Assembly: GCA_036172245.1 (NCBI GenBank)
Contig: JAYWIR010000023.1
Span: 2,108,001 to 2,172,000, forward strand
DNA length: 64,000 nucleotides
Origin: Raillietiella orientalis
Lineage: Eukaryota
Direction of reading: 5' to 3'
In this document: in pieces, positions 10,950 to 25,149 of the stretch
Position numbering within the stretch: position 1 is the first letter of the stretch
Layout of the letters: each line of letters begins with the position of its first letter
The notes under the pieces: model-generated
What the model was told of the DNA's origin: nothing
Seen by the model: the letters and a program-made list of their open reading frames with translations, nothing else
The model's database searches: none
Made by a program: the position numbers and the translations under genes

Positions 10950-13330
10950 CCCCCTTTTTTTTCCTTTCTCCAGACATATTCCTTCGTTCTCCGTGAATTT
11001 CAGGTGGAAATTTGCTGCTTGAAAGAGGAAAAACTGGAAGACAATCAGCTTTCCAGATATCAAACCAAGAGCCTCGAGGAGTGCACGTCAAATGGCAAAA
11101 ACAAAAACAGGCTACTTGATGGCGGCATTCCTACGGAATCCTGCCTGCTATTTCGAGATTCAACGTCCCTATTTTACATTTTTGACTGCATGGTCTTTTA
11201 GCCTTCCACGTTTGATATTTCCCTATTCCGAAAAGGCTCCGCGAAAACTCCGCAGGAGCTTTGGGAATTTGTAATGCACTCCATCTACACTCCAGATGAG
11301 GATCGGAATCTTAGGTGTAACGAAAGCCCTTTATTTCAGGAGTAACTGCTCCATGTCTTCGCCTATCTCAGAGAATCCCGTATCGATCTTCTCTCCGTCC
11401 GTTCTCTGGGAGGATGCCCTATTTCCCGCATCGGGCGTTCTCGACGTTTTCAAGTGCAAACACTCAGGCTGGACTCAAGCACCTTGAGTAACCAAGCCCA
11501 GCGTTCCCTCCTGGATTCAAAACAGCAGAAAACGGAAAGGGAAAAAGGATACAGCTGGTCCCTGTTGTAAGCTCCATCTACGAACCCTCTATTGCCGAAA
11601 TGGATGCGCCCAGCGCCGACGAGAAAGTTGCCGTTTCCTGCAGCGATCATGGCTTTCCCGGACAGAGGTCACCACGTGGCGGCAGTTTCCTGTTCCGAAC
11701 ACAACGAGCACTTCGTTATTCCATCAGCACCGCAGGAAGCCAGGATAGAGAAGGGGAAGAAATGGCTACTGATGGATGCGGATCCCTTTTACGCGGGAGC
11801 ATCCTTTGCTGAGCTGCTAGAGACGACGTTGCTGTCGCGGGGAACTCGGCTGGACAATGCTGAAAGGCACATCGACCCGCACTTGCCACTCTCGTGAAAG
11901 ACAGGTACCCAGCGGGCGTAACAAGCCAAGCAGCGTAGCCGCACGAAGGCAAAGCCTCCCGCCCGCGGCATCAATGTTGTTAGAGACGTGATTCTTTGAC
12001 GGTAATCCCGTCAGACTATGGTCCAGAGTTTCAACATTCTCCTCCCCTCCCTATGCAGAGATGCTCTAGTTCGTTCCTTGTATCTGCAAAAAAAAAATGC
12101 ATCAGACACCGGGAAATAAGGAAAATCTGGATCCCTGCTGTAGCATTCCATGACTTCTCAACCACCGCCTGCCCCGTTGCTGCTATGTCCATCAGGCATC
12201 ACAAGACGCCACCGACAACCAAGCTTTTTCATAGGCTGCAAACGGCTAACAATTAAGCAAATAATTCGAAGGTTCTCGGGATTTCTTTTCACTCTTGAAG
12301 ACAACTGCACACGCAGGATTAGTTGCGGATGCTCAGTGCGATTTCGGAAGGGATGCTGCGCTACAGTGACGGCCCCCCTCCGCGGTGTCCCCGGCTTTAG
12401 AAGCACCGCAGATTGCTCGAGGAAAATGCCGAGGTTTACAATCGGTCATGCCGGAAGGATCACGACTGCATAATCTCCCTGCCTCTCACTCAGCATCAAC
12501 TTGCGGCCGCAGAAATCGCTGGAAATCGTGGAGCATCTACTAAAGTCTGATCATCCCTCCAGCAGCAGCGCTATCAAACGCCTGCAGAAATGATATCTTG
12601 GAGAGATGGTTCACGATGCTTACCGGAACCCAGCGCGAAGTGATCCAGGATGTCATGAGACCTTTGGTACATCGATTGGAGGAGGAAGAGCTCGATATTT
12701 CGGCAGCATGGCTGTGTTGGCTTGCGGGAGTCGCCAAGCTCATCGTGAGATGGAAAACGTCTCCTCTGGCGGAACGAGCCACTTCAAAAGATTTGGCTAT
12801 AGGTCCGCAAAAGTGAATGGCATTTCTCTCCATCTCCCGGTTACGTGCTGCTGGGATGCGGAGGGCTCGGTCAAGGATAGGAACGCATCGCCAAGGCATT
12901 TCGTTTCCACGATGCCTCTTCAGAAGACTGGTTTAGAAAAATCTCCGCTCCTCCAGGGCTCGCCAGTCGTCTCCTCGTCGACGATCCTCTTACATGTGCA
13001 AGCAATGATGACCACCAAAATGAACGAAAAGGCAGTCTTCTATCATCTCCATCGCCTATATGCAGAGGGAAGAGAGAGGACCCGATGTGGTGTTCGAAGT
13101 TCAAGGGAACCTTTGGACGATTGTGGACAAACTGACAAACTGAGAAATGACGTGTGTGATACCGGTAAGCACACACGTCATTTCTCCCATTCCTTCTTCA
13201 TTCCACAAAGTCCCTTGGAAATCCTGCCTAGTACTGCGAGGACAGGTCATACCATTCCCTATTTATTTATTCATTGTCCCTCACACTTCTCCCTCTACTC
13301 TTGCCGAGTTCTATCCCCGGTGAGGGTGGT
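10950..13330 (+). mobile_element. Decayed RLE non-LTR retrotransposon (RT to endonuclease)
   Basis: GGIPTESC (QKGF.P.EGC-like), RIEKGKKWLL...FYAG (thumb), LHLPVTCC...SPRHFVST (CCHC-like), in the expected order and broken by frameshifts. Confidence 0.45.
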
Positions 13331-13379
13331 CTCTTTGGGCCGACAGATGCCGGTCGTTAGCTGTACGTCTTTCGATTCA

Positions 13380-14650
13380 TTTATCTATTCCAGATAAATG
13401 CCTGGAAATCCGAGGTGAGTTCACACCATAGCTGCGCGCATGTTTCACCAGCACTCCCTTGGACTGCTCGGATCCTGCGAGTTGCTCCGGTGATCCTCTC
13501 AGTTTGGCATAGAAGTCTTTGAAGCACGTGTTTCCCGTTACCATTGAAGCACGGATTGGATGACCAGATGCGACCTACCCCCGTTCCTGAATAACTTCTG
13601 ATTCTCTTGTCAAACCCTGGAAACCATTTCCCAGGATTACGCAGAAGTGGGGAGACAGTTATGTTTCCGGGTATCCGATGGCTTTCTCAGTCAGCAAGGA
13701 GCCTATGAGTAGTAGCGAGACTAGGGCCTGCGCGGCCGAAGGATATAATTCCACCCTATATTACAAGGCAGAGTATACTTCTGATCCTGCATAGGTGGGG
13801 CTCTTCAAAGAAATTCAGCGTTCTTGGGAAGGGCTTAGCGAACCTCCCTGCTCTGATCATTCTTGGGGTTGTCGGGACGTTTGCTCTCAGACAACAGGCA
13901 TGAGATCGTTTGGGATGCCACCTCTACAGGGGCAAATATAGACAGGGGAACCATGCAAGCACGGTTCTGCTCAGGACTGGATGCACAAAAATGATGAGGA
14001 CCATGGACTAAATAAATAACTAAGTAAAGATGATTGCTGAGACGCCACCGGGATGCAAACAGTCCAATCCTTCCACTTCTGAGTTCTCATTTTCTTCGGG
14101 AGATTTCTTTTCTGCCGCCTGCCTCCAGATGAGGCCGCTTCCCAGCACATCACATCGTGATAGCTTCCAGAAGATTAACCTCCTTCTCTCCTCTTCAGGC
14201 GTATCCCCACGATACCAAGGGCACACCACAGATTCAACACTATCGCGACCATAAACATACTTTGGAAGAGGTGTTGTCCAAAGAGGTGTTGTTCTTCTGC
14301 GAGAGGGCTGCGGCTAGGCCTATTACATCCCGAGGGAAGGTTCCCGCACTCCAGCAAGAGAGCGGTGTGGTTTCGACTCTACTGGTGGATCTGCTTCTAA
14401 GGGAGAGAGGAATAACGCGAAGCTATACAAAAAGAACATGGGGAACCGTCTGTTCCTCTCCAAAAGCTCTGTTCCACACGTCCCCACACTCAGTGTCCAC
14501 GTCCCCTAGCTGTCCAGTCGGTCATCCAGCCATGAAAAAATCCCCCCACCCATCCAATCCGACAAGCGATTGGATAGTTCTATTTGAGGCCACAACGAGA
14601 TTGTCATTCATTCGGAGGAGGGAATGGCGAGTGAATGGCGTTTGCCAACA
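13380..14650 (-). mobile_element. Decayed RLE non-LTR retrotransposon 3' half
   Basis: IQSLVGL..WGDFF..G.PTGQLG (thumb-like), ICPCRGG (CCHC-like), NSPRISRH (terminus-like). Confidence 0.4.
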
Positions 14651-14949
14651 AGTAAATGGTATTTAGTGCCATGAGTGTAGGCACACCTCAGATCTCTCAG
14701 TGTCAAAGGCACACTGAGAGATCGGCGATTCACAAAAGCTGAAGAGAAGAGGGTAAGAACAGCTTCGACTTTCGAGGACTCAGTGAGCAGCTCCCTAGAG
14801 GTGATCGAGAAAGTCCTCAGTATTTGAGGTTATCAAAAAAACAGAAGCATAGTCAGAGGTGTCATTCCTTCGTAAAGACAGGAGTCTTGAGTTCTGCCAT
14901 TGATTTGGCAGATTAAAAGTCTCACTCCAAATAAAGAAACCAATGAATC

Positions 14950-17290
14950 GACAATGGAATCAAGAAAAGCTCCTCACAAAATTCCAGAACAAGTCCCAGG
15001 CAAGAACATCAAGGAGGACGCATTCTCATAAGAAAAGATGAAGGCAAGATGAAGTCTCGTGAATTCAAAAAACTGCTGGCTCCTGAAAAAAAACAATCGC
15101 CAAGACGGAGTTGTCAGAAGAGCTTATCCAGCCAGAGTTATCGCGGAAAGGAAAAAAAAGATTTTCCTTCTACATTTTTGGAGGGAAAATTCAATTTTCA
15201 GAAGATGCTGGACCACGAGCATTTTTGCTTGCACGTATCTATGGCACGATCTACTTCAACTAACAAAGAAACCACGATACGTTCTCAGCATCGCTCGCTT
15301 TGATAGATGTCCCGTCAGAAAGGGGCTGATCTAATGAATACCTCTGAAACGCAGGGGATGTATATCTGAGAAAGAAGCTATGAGTTGTTCCTGGATCCCT
15401 GGGAACCCAGTGTCCTATTCCGGTCGTTACTGTGGCGAAGCATGCTCTAAATACGTTCGAGTCCACGTGGTTCGGAAGGATTCACCCTCTGTTGGAAATG
15501 TGAAAATGGGCAATGGGTATCCCACGTCTCCAGTCAATCCGACTCAAGGGGATGAAGGGGTAGAAAGAATCCTGAACAAAACGGAAACTGATCCTCTGAA
15601 TAAAGCGCTGTCACGGACTCAGGTAGGAATCTGAGGTGGATCTCGACGTGAGTGCTAAAATCCATCTTTGATATCTGAGGACGAGAAAGATCCATAAGGA
15701 ATGAAAGCATCAGTAAATCATCTCAAATCCTGAATTGAAAAATGCCCCAAAAGATCCTTGCTCGTCGTCGTCAGTATAGAACCTAAAGCTCACGGAGCCC
15801 CTTAAGGGAACTGTTTTCTGACTTATGAGGATGACCTTCGCGGAATCTGAAGATGAATTGCACCTGCGCCTTCGGATGCTGAAGGCATTGGTGGACACTC
15901 TCAAGTGTTCGCACTTGCACTTTGAGGCATGACAACCATGCAGAGCTAGGAACACCATTTTCTCCATGAAATAACAAGACATCCCCTCTCTGCAAATGCA
16001 TCAGGTGCACAGGTTGGGGAAAGACGGTGAGTCTAGCAACGCTCTCAACAGATCCGACTAAGCATCAGCTCCTAACCAAAGCAGTCGGGATCCTAGACTC
16101 TCCACTGTTTCCGTGACAAAAAACGGATACCGCGAGAAGCTTCCGTTATCCGATTTTGATACAATATCAGATGCTAGGAATTTTCAAGAGAGCTAATTAA
16201 GCCTTCATTAGCTTTAACATCAGGAAATCTTGTTTGCCTAGTAGGGCAGCCAATGAATTTCTATACACCTACCGGACGAGAGGATGCCTTGGTCTTCCCA
16301 GCCTGCCGATGGGAGCTGACAGCTTCTCGAATGATAGATGCTTCAATCTGTTGACATCTCTGCATCTAGGAATTTGTTTTGAGGCACTCCGCAAGTAGCA
16401 GTCAACAAGAAAAATACGAAACTTGCTGTTGGACGATGATTTGGAAAACTTCATGTTTGGATCAGTCTCTGGATAATTCGCTTATCCCAGAGGTGATGTA
16501 AGAAGCCCAAGGACAGTAAGCAAACAGGACTTCATCCGAATAAAGTCTTTGACGTCAGAGACGTCCATGACGAGGTCATTGACATTAGAGAGCCCAGAAT
16601 TTCCATTGATCATCCAATATTTGACAGGTACATGAAGCTAACATCTAACTTATGTGCTCTCCAGAGCAGAGAAACAGTACTTTTCTCCTGATACAAAAAC
16701 ATCCTGCCTATAGAAAAGCCATGCCCTGTGTTGTTCAGCACCGTCTTTCCGGCCACTTTCTCTTAAACGAGGGCAACATGAAACTTGCGCACTACTGCTG
16801 CATACATTTGCATCAGGATTGCTGGTTCGTACGTGTAATAGATTTCTGTTGCCAATATAGGTCACACTCATTATAAATATGTGTATTCAACCTTCGTCCA
16901 TTACAACGATGAACCAAGAAACAAATCAAAAGGGATAACAACAGAACACTGGGAGCTCCTTGCTTTCAGTCAACTCATTTCCGAGATAGACCCCAGGCTA
17001 TCGTCGGATTTTGTCGTGCAAGGCGACAAACAAGTGTTTATACTTTAAGTAACTTGCCATTTTGAAAGCTACTGAGCATCCCTACAAGACTCCAGGAAGA
17101 AAACGGAAGGGTATTGCCAGTGAAGGAGTGCCCTCATCAATACGTTGCAGGATCCGGCAGCGCAGGGAACCCAGGTAACAAGTAGGCAACTGTCATCTCT
17201 AGTCCATAGGGGCAGACCTCTCTGCGGCTAAGAATGTCAAGGATATGCGGGGTCATTTCGTTCAGTCACGAATCCTTCGGTCACGAGACT
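14950..17290 (+). mobile_element. Decayed NeSL/Utopia-like RLE non-LTR retrotransposon with internal RT deletion
   Basis: TQCPIPVVTVAKH, RKIHKE.KHQ...PKDP, FLTYEDDL (YADD-like, about 15815-15840), KCSHLH, CLPSRAANEFLY...GCLGLP...FNLLTS, SGHFLLNEG, DPRLSSDFVV...VTCHFES...SRKK...Y. Confidence 0.85.
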
Positions 17291-17299
17291 ACTCACGCG

Positions 17300-20200
17300 A
17301 CAAAGCTTTTCTGCGTGCACTTCCATTATCTTCATCCAGGTGTCCACCGCCTGCTGCTTTCTATAGGCAGGATGTCAGGCATTAAAATTCGTAGAATAGG
17401 AGAACATTCGGAAGTGCAGGTCCAACAATGAGGTCATTTTTCCAAGAGAAAATACCACATCCCTGCCATCTTCGTGCGCCTACGCTGCAGTATTCAAGCC
17501 AGTACTTCACAACCGATGGTACGCTGCAGGGTGAATGGGTCTCAGGAAGCGTACACACCAGGAAGAGCTCATCATAACATGATCACAGGGGCTTGTCGCC
17601 GAGACTGCACTTACAGTTCAATTTTTCTTAGTTCTTTTCGTCATTGACTCCTTTATGTCGTTGAATGATCTTCACACCTTCTTCGACCTGTACTAATAAG
17701 GTTTTACTACCTCTCACGCTCGCTTCCCTATGAAATAGCTTCTCAATCCTGAGTGGTTTGAAGCACTTCCGAGATTCATCACTCGAGAGTGGTCAACTTT
17801 TATACGGCCTCTGTGTCCATGACTCTAATTTCGACAAGTCTAGAAGATGTTAGCCCTGTTAGTTGAGAACCTTGAATCACACCACCGAAAATCAGAGGAA
17901 CTTGCAGAAGTTAGAAGAGCTTGTTCACACTTGCCCTCTCGATGACTCTCATCCTTTAAGCTGGAAGAACTTGCAGGTTGTGTGGAATGCCACTACCACC
18001 ACTTGGTGGTTGATGGGAAAAGCTGATTACTGTTTTTTAAATCGGCCGAAAGGCGTTACGTATGAGAAAGACCGTCTGCAAGGAGGCATCCACATTTAAT
18101 GCAACTATTTATTGAACGCTGTCTTTTGTGACTGTGTTCGCGACCTTAGAGCAACACCAGAATTCTAAGAAACCTTGGAACATTATTACCACTGGAAGAA
18201 TGTGCAGGAAACTTTCTTGAGGGCTTACCTGCTAACCTATTCCATGTTTTCCGTAACCCGCCACAGGCCTTAGGAACATCCAACGAATCCACCGTATCCT
18301 GAACTTACGGAGTTAGTAATCGTTCCCCTAGAATTCTTTGCCCTTGGTGTTGAAAGGTGAGAAGGTGCCAGCTCGTTCTCACGCACATTCTAATGGAAAA
18401 AATTTAAGTGACGACTGAAGATGCAATGCATTACTAATAGCACAAACGTTATGAAAAGCAGCTTCCCGACACAGTCCATTAGGTCTGTGAGGCAGATTCT
18501 GCACCTCGCAAGTCTTACAGAATCTTTTTCAAATGACACTGAATCTGGAGCCTTTTCACTTAAAGAAGTAGGCAAACAAAAGCCAAGGGCTGGAAGAAGG
18601 GTCATCAAGAGTGTTCTATATCATGCCCTCGCGAAAGAGGAAATGCCTTCGAAGAACGGACTAGGATCTTTCTCTGCCTTTCGGATGCAGGCGATAAGTG
18701 CTTCTGCAACGTAAAAACCGCCCATAAACATGGCAAGGTGCTTAAAAGTACCGATCACAAAGATGCAATCTGACTTCCCCTTTCAGGACATTCCAATAGA
18801 CTTCAGACTGCAGACAACACTGCAGATTTCGTCATGCTGTGCTGCATATGCTCTCTCTCCGACTTCCGTTCTTGGAGCTGGAAGCTCCAAGACTTAAAAA
18901 AGCAGCAGGCCGAGTGGCTGTCTGCACAAGCCTACAAGGCCAGCTTCCAGGGACAGGAGGTTGTCAGTTCAGCCATAGTCAGCCGATATCCCTTCATCAC
19001 CAACTCAAAGATGCTGAAGAGCATAAGACTCAGGCTGTCCCTTTGCATGATTTCCTGCTCACGGGGCTGCCGCATATGTAGAGACCGTAACGAGAAATAT
19101 TCGCTATCTCATTGCGCTAGATAGAATGCATATAGATCAAGATATATGCTGGGAGGTCGAAGCATTCCAGGAGTTCCAGAAGGAGTCCTAGATGAGCAGT
19201 CGAACTCTTTCTGCAAATCGACTACAACTGCCAAGGCTTATAGCATTTCTACCGCTTTCGGTCTCTCCACCAGGGTCTAAGCAGCACTTGCTGTTCTGGA
19301 ACCCTCCATCTCAATCTCATGTTGCAGCTAAAGCCAGAATTTTCAAAAAAACAGGTTTGTCTCCACGGATAGCAGCATGAGGTTTGTTACAGTCTCACGA
19401 AGAAGCCTGCAACTCTTCTGAGCAGCACCTTTCGGAGTTTCGAGAGCAACTTGACATCTGAGTTCACCGGGATGATCGGTCACCAGTAGTTTGGTATGTG
19501 TGGGTCTTCACTGTTCGGCAAGAGACGCACTTTGGTTGAGCGAAAGGAGGCAGCCACCTCTTATGTCTCCTGCGTTAGCTTCTAGGCTCTCGACATCAGG
19601 GAACCTAGCTCCACACGGGGCGCTGGAAGAAATCCGTATGCAAGCCATCTTCTGCTGGTGTCCTTCGTCTCCCGACCCCTTCGATGGTGTCAAGGATTCC
19701 TTTCGACGTGAAGGGCTCGTTAGGACGCGAGCATTCCTCCTCACTGAATAAGAAAGGGGCTTCCAGGAGACAATCAGCCACTGCGGGAGACTGCGCCTGA
19801 GAGCTATCTCCGCAAAGAGCGAGAATTAGTAGCATTTCACCTTGCATCACACCTCAGCTGGGGTCGAGATTTCGTGACTCAGCTTGTTTAGGACCCAAGT
19901 GTCTGAAGTTCTCTCCTGAACGGATGCAGATGCAAGCATAGTTTCGGAGGTCGGTCCGCAGAGAGACCGCAAGACATCCCGCCGCTCCCTTAACGGTCTC
20001 CCTTAGCACCTTCCGCGCACTTCCATGAGGAAATTATCCGAGTGTGAAGGACCGACCCCCTCGCACAGCCTCAGGCGAGTGAGAGGATGTGCTGCTCGCC
20101 CCGCCTTGTCGCGGTGCTGCTGAACGGTCCCAAGTGGGTATCCTGTCACCCAGTCAGCAGGAACCACTGGCTGCAAGAGTCACTGGAAATGCGGAGGTTC

Positions 20201-20750
20201 CTTGAGAATCCTGTCGGAAAACAACGCAGCTGGCGAACGAATACACGGTCAAAGACCTCGGTCAGGGTTTCCGAGGAAAGATCGTCTTTTGGGGGATTTT
20301 CCGTGGAAGCTTCGAAATCCCATGATTCCTGATCTGTTACCAGATCTCCGCCATCTTGCCAGTGGCTGCTGGGGCCTCCCTCGGAGCGAGGAATGCCAAC
20401 ATACCTCAGAGAAGAGAGTCCCCAAGCATCATCCGATGGTCCTCACGGAGAGGCTGAGGAACAGTGGAAATTCTTATCCTCACGTGCTGCTGGAATGCCC
20501 CAGATGCTGCAGTAGGAAAACTTCAGCTCTGCTACGATGCCCTTCCCCCAGGACCTTCTCTGAGTAGAGTTCACCCACCCGAGCTAACCGGTTGTCTCCT
20601 CGCTGGCGATCCTCTGCCGCGTGCCAGCAACAGCAATCTCCACGATGGAAGGAGGATGTGTCCGGCATCCCAAGGATCCATCTTCAATCGCCCGATGACA
20701 TGTGCAAAGGAGTGGCTCGAACCGGGATGCAAAATGCAAGGGAATCTTAG
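17300..20750 (-). mobile_element. Decayed RLE non-LTR retrotransposon (zinc-finger N-terminus, RT, CCHC)
   Basis: LREDH (ZF remnant, about 20440), RDIG.LWLN (WLDL-like), TLDD (about 18605), RWQGCG (CCHC-like, about 17460). Confidence 0.5.
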
Positions 20751-21276
20751 GGCAATTGTGTTCAGATCGGCTGCACCCCATCACTCCTCTGCTGTCCCTG
20801 GCAACTCAAGTCCTCGAGAGACTTCACTGTGAGACTAGTTGATCCCATCCCTCTTCCGCAATTCATTTCATGATCCTGTCTCCCTAATTTTGTCCCGAAT
20901 GAGGATCGACCCCTTTCGTTTGGAACCGGAAAATGCCGTTCCAAAACCGGGGTCACATCTGAGGTCACATTTATAAAAATACAAAGTGGAAATCTATTCC
21001 TGTGCAGCATCCGAAGCCTAGCAGGTGAGTTTGAATCATCGACTCATAGTCAACTATATAGAAAGATCGGTGCTGGCTGCGTCTTCTGCGGACTGCATGC
21101 AATGCAGACTGCATTTCCTTAACTCCTTATTGAAATAAAGTAACGGAAATAGAATGCAGCGTGTACCTCTTTTTTTTTCTAACCTTCGATGCGGTGCGAC
21201 AGTCACAATTCCGCTGAAATAACACAGGAACTGCTTTCGGGACAGCAGCTGAAAGTCCGTCGAGAGTCAAGCAGCA

Positions 21277-23450
21277 TCACTGAGGCAGTTCCCTTGGGAT
21301 GTCTTTTACAGTGCACAATTGCGAGGCGTTCTCAAATGCTCTGAAGAGCATCGCACCTGCAGAATCAAGGTCAGGAAGTTCCTTCTTCTCAGCACCCGGG
21401 GTAGTTTGGCATGACGGCTCCCCTTCGTCCAGAGATGCCGGCGCTTGTTGCACGAAGGAAAGTGCAGAGTGGGCGTCTTGCAGGTGAAGGCGTTCGTTCG
21501 CTTCAAAACCCTCGATCCACTGCGGAGAAAGACGTCTATTACATATAGACATTTTTCGAAAAGGCACTCCCAAGAAATACATATGCTGGTCCAAAAATTA
21601 TCTGATGCAATTTAACTAGTCCTCTGTCCTGTAAAAAGCTACAGTTTATGAACAAACTTAAGCTCTTGGTATATGAAAATTCTTTTGGTTGTGGGAACAC
21701 AGTACTCTGAGGTCACAGTGCATACCAGCGACGAATGTGCCCACTCACGATCACGCCAAGTGAGACCTCCATGCATCTTAATGCACTGAAAATGATCCGC
21801 AGTTTACACGAAAAAGCCAGGTGTCAGCTCTTCCAGCTCATGTCACCTTGAGGCATTCTGTGTTTGTGAATGACTCCCCGCTACTTACCTTTCTCGAAGA
21901 GGATGGTACCCTGGCAGAACTGCATCCCATTGGGATTTAGGCTTCCCTTCCCTTTCCCTTAGTTTCTTAGACAACACCTCTTTAACATTTTGCATTCCTA
22001 CCACTGCATGGCATCGCGTTGCAAACACAGTACTCGAGCTGTTGCTGTTAGAAACTCGCACGAAAGACTGATTCCGGAAGCGAAAATAATCTCCAACGTG
22101 TCTTTCCCCCACATTTGAGTGCATCACTGTCCTTCGTTCCTCATTGGGAGTATAGTAATCTTACAGACTAAAGCAAGAAACATAAGATTTGGAAACCACC
22201 ATATTAGTGTAGCCATCAAAGCTGTCGTAAGCAAAGCTTTAGTCAGAAGCGATGTATTTAGATCGAACCGTCTACTTCTTGATTGGATCGCTATTCCACG
22301 AAGGCAAAGAATAAAGCACACACAATTAAACCATCTTTCATCCAAGTCATTTACACTCTGTTGTAAAACCTTACTGCATACTTTATAAATGAGTATTCGG
22401 ACTTCCGGTCTCGACTTAAACCTCCGTTTTGGGAAACCTTGCTATTGTATTCTTCAGAAGAAAGCTAACATAGCCTGATTCGACTCTGGTCGAATTCACG
22501 TTCTCTCCGTAGAAGAAATTAGGTGCGCGCAGCCTCTTAGGAAAAGGCTTCGCGCATCTCTTTCGGGTGATGCGAAGCTTCAAAACTTCGATGTCCACGG
22601 GCTCAAAAGTTTGGCAACTTTAGGGCCCGAAAAAACGAGTCACTGATTTTTGGAAATCCATCCTGAGGTGCAGAATGAGATTTTCTCCATCTGTTCTGTG
22701 GGCAAAACACCCAGGACCTTCACTTCGGTGCTCACTTTTCAAGACCACGAAAAGAATGCTCGCATTTGATCCGAATCAGCGGGGAGGGCGATCCACCGAT
22801 CCTCGAGATAATTGGCTGCCACCATTCTGAGTGAGCACAAGTGGAAGCCCCAGGGTAGCTCCGTTCTGAACGGATTTTGTAATAATTCCATTCTTTGCGA
22901 CTGCTGTTAAAAGCATTTGTTTTTCTTCAGCTGCAGTGATGAAAGACCGAGCAGGAAAACATTTCATCCCTTATCTTCCAACTAATTTGCTTGCTTTCGA
23001 CCCCAGTGTAGACAAAGATTCCAGGAGCAATCAGATGAGCAGCAATTGCTGCTTTGATTGCCTCGGAAAACGAGGAAGAAATTTCCTATCGGAAGCTCGA
23101 CACGTAAAAGGCAAATAAGGGAAACCAAAGAGTTTTAATAGCTCTCCCGAGGTTAGCACTCCATCATTTTGAAAAGATGCAGAAAAGAAATGCTTCGATA
23201 TGGATTTCCTCGGTAACTGTGCCTGAGACGTATTCCATCTTATACAGATGGAATGACTGGAAGGACAGTGGGCCCACGAATTCTTCGAACGGAACATTCA
23301 GGGTTGGAGCTTTCCAGAAAATTTATCGGCTAATTCGGATGGAGACTGCAAAGATGCACGAAAATGGTTTCCCCCTCTTGATGCACTCCTCCAAACGATG
23401 CCTCACATTGCAACAAACAAGAACGACCTGAATGACTTGACTACCACGTT
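21277..23450 (-). mobile_element. Decayed RLE non-LTR retrotransposon fragments
   Basis: ELADKFSG (DL.NAFGS-like), GVLTSGELL (GV.QG.PLS-like), RLFSLPES/FATRCHAVV (CCHC/RH), LGVIVSGHIRRW. A separate YFLGVPF thumb fragment lies at 21277-21594. Confidence 0.5.
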
Positions 23451-25149
23451 ATTTCTTCTAGAGAGGCAAGAGGAATAGAGCCAAGTGCACTCTGACATCA
23501 TCGAAGAAACTATTTGTGGGTAGTTTCGCTGATGAAAAAGGAGACCAATTGCTTAAGTCGGTGAGTTTCTTAGAGAAGTATCATTTTCGAGATAAGTGAA
23601 GTCGTTTTCAAAAAATTCTAATAACGTAAGATGAGACTGCAGATCATGAAAATAACAAATTTGAAGTTCAAACAAGAAACTCTGGAAATTCAGGGACCCT
23701 CTTACTCGTGCGGAAAAAATTTCTTGATCTGTCCAATCTCTCTCTATATATCTCTATCTATCTGTCTATCTCTCAAATCTCTCCAAAATACTTGCTCCTA
23801 TCATTAGATCAGCAATGATTCTCTTCGTTTAGAAGGAGGAACTGGAAAGGGAAAAATACGCTGGACATCGCTCATGATGAGATTCTACGACTCCCGTTTT
23901 TTGTCAAGTCACTTACCACCAGTTACGGCCGTAATCTATCAAAGTTTCTCTTTTTTCTTTTTCTTTCTTTCCTTTATGAAAACAAGGATTCTCTTTTGTA
24001 AGTAAAAAAAAAAAAAAAAAAAATGGGTATTTCATTCCCTGCAACCTACGTTTGCTATAGGAAGAGGAACGTTTCTAGATGAGGTCAAATGCAACAGCAG
24101 GGTGCATTTAAGCCCATCCTCTCAAAAAAGTAGGCTCTCTCCTTAAAGATTTCCTTGTTCAGAGGAAATCAGACTAGCTGAAAGAACAAGGGAAATGTCT
24201 GGAGGCTAATTGGCAAGAAAGCATCACTGGAGAAGCGTACCGATGAGGAAAGGTGAAGAGTGGAGACGAATACACGTCCAGACGGAAAATATCAAGAGGG
24301 CTCTGAAGGATCCTCTATTCGAGCGAGGGTATGCTAATGTGAGCCCACCTACGAAGAACATGTGGGGCTAAAAATGAGAGACACGGCATCTTCAACGCTC
24401 TTGTCACGGTGCCATCGAGCTACAACGATAATCACAATTCTGTGAGGAATTTCCATTGAGAAAATAGAATGTGTTTTACATTTCAAAGCAGTTTCTAGAA
24501 GCAGAGGAACGGATGGACCCGGAGGAGAATAAATTGCACTCATCATTCAAAGAGTGAAGAGAATCGAATGCGCGCCTTTGGTAGGGAGGAACACCCCGAC
24601 AGAAACCGAGGACAAGAACAAAGGAACTGCGTTGCCTTCACGTTAACAGCTAATGGCTGCTGGGAAAAAAAAAAAGCTTCTCTGGGAGAGACAACATTAA
24701 AGTTCGTGCCCTCTATCCATCTATCCCTGTTGCACGAGATGCTTACGATTATCTATGCACGATGGCACAGTTTACGAACTGTTTTTCATCTTCGTTGTGC
24801 CGCTTTTGGTAAATTGCTTTGATTTTCATGATTTACAAGTTCCTAGATGCTGCTTGTTTGTCAACAAGAGTGCTTTGAAATGCAGCAGTCAGAGAGGAGA
24901 TAACAGCAGCCTTTTAGTGATGCGGATATATGCTTGTCTTCGTTATTCTTTTCTTCGAGCTTTTCTTGAGAATAGCGAGAAGGATGGTGGAGGTCGTAGT
25001 TAGCTAGAGATGCAGCCGATCCCGGCAGAAATTTCTCACTGATTATTTGGAAATGAATCATCCTGAGGATCCTGTCGATGACTTTCTAGCAGTTGCGGAA
25101 GAAAAGAGATCCACGCCGTTTCCCTTATGAGAATGCGGTCGTCAAAGTT

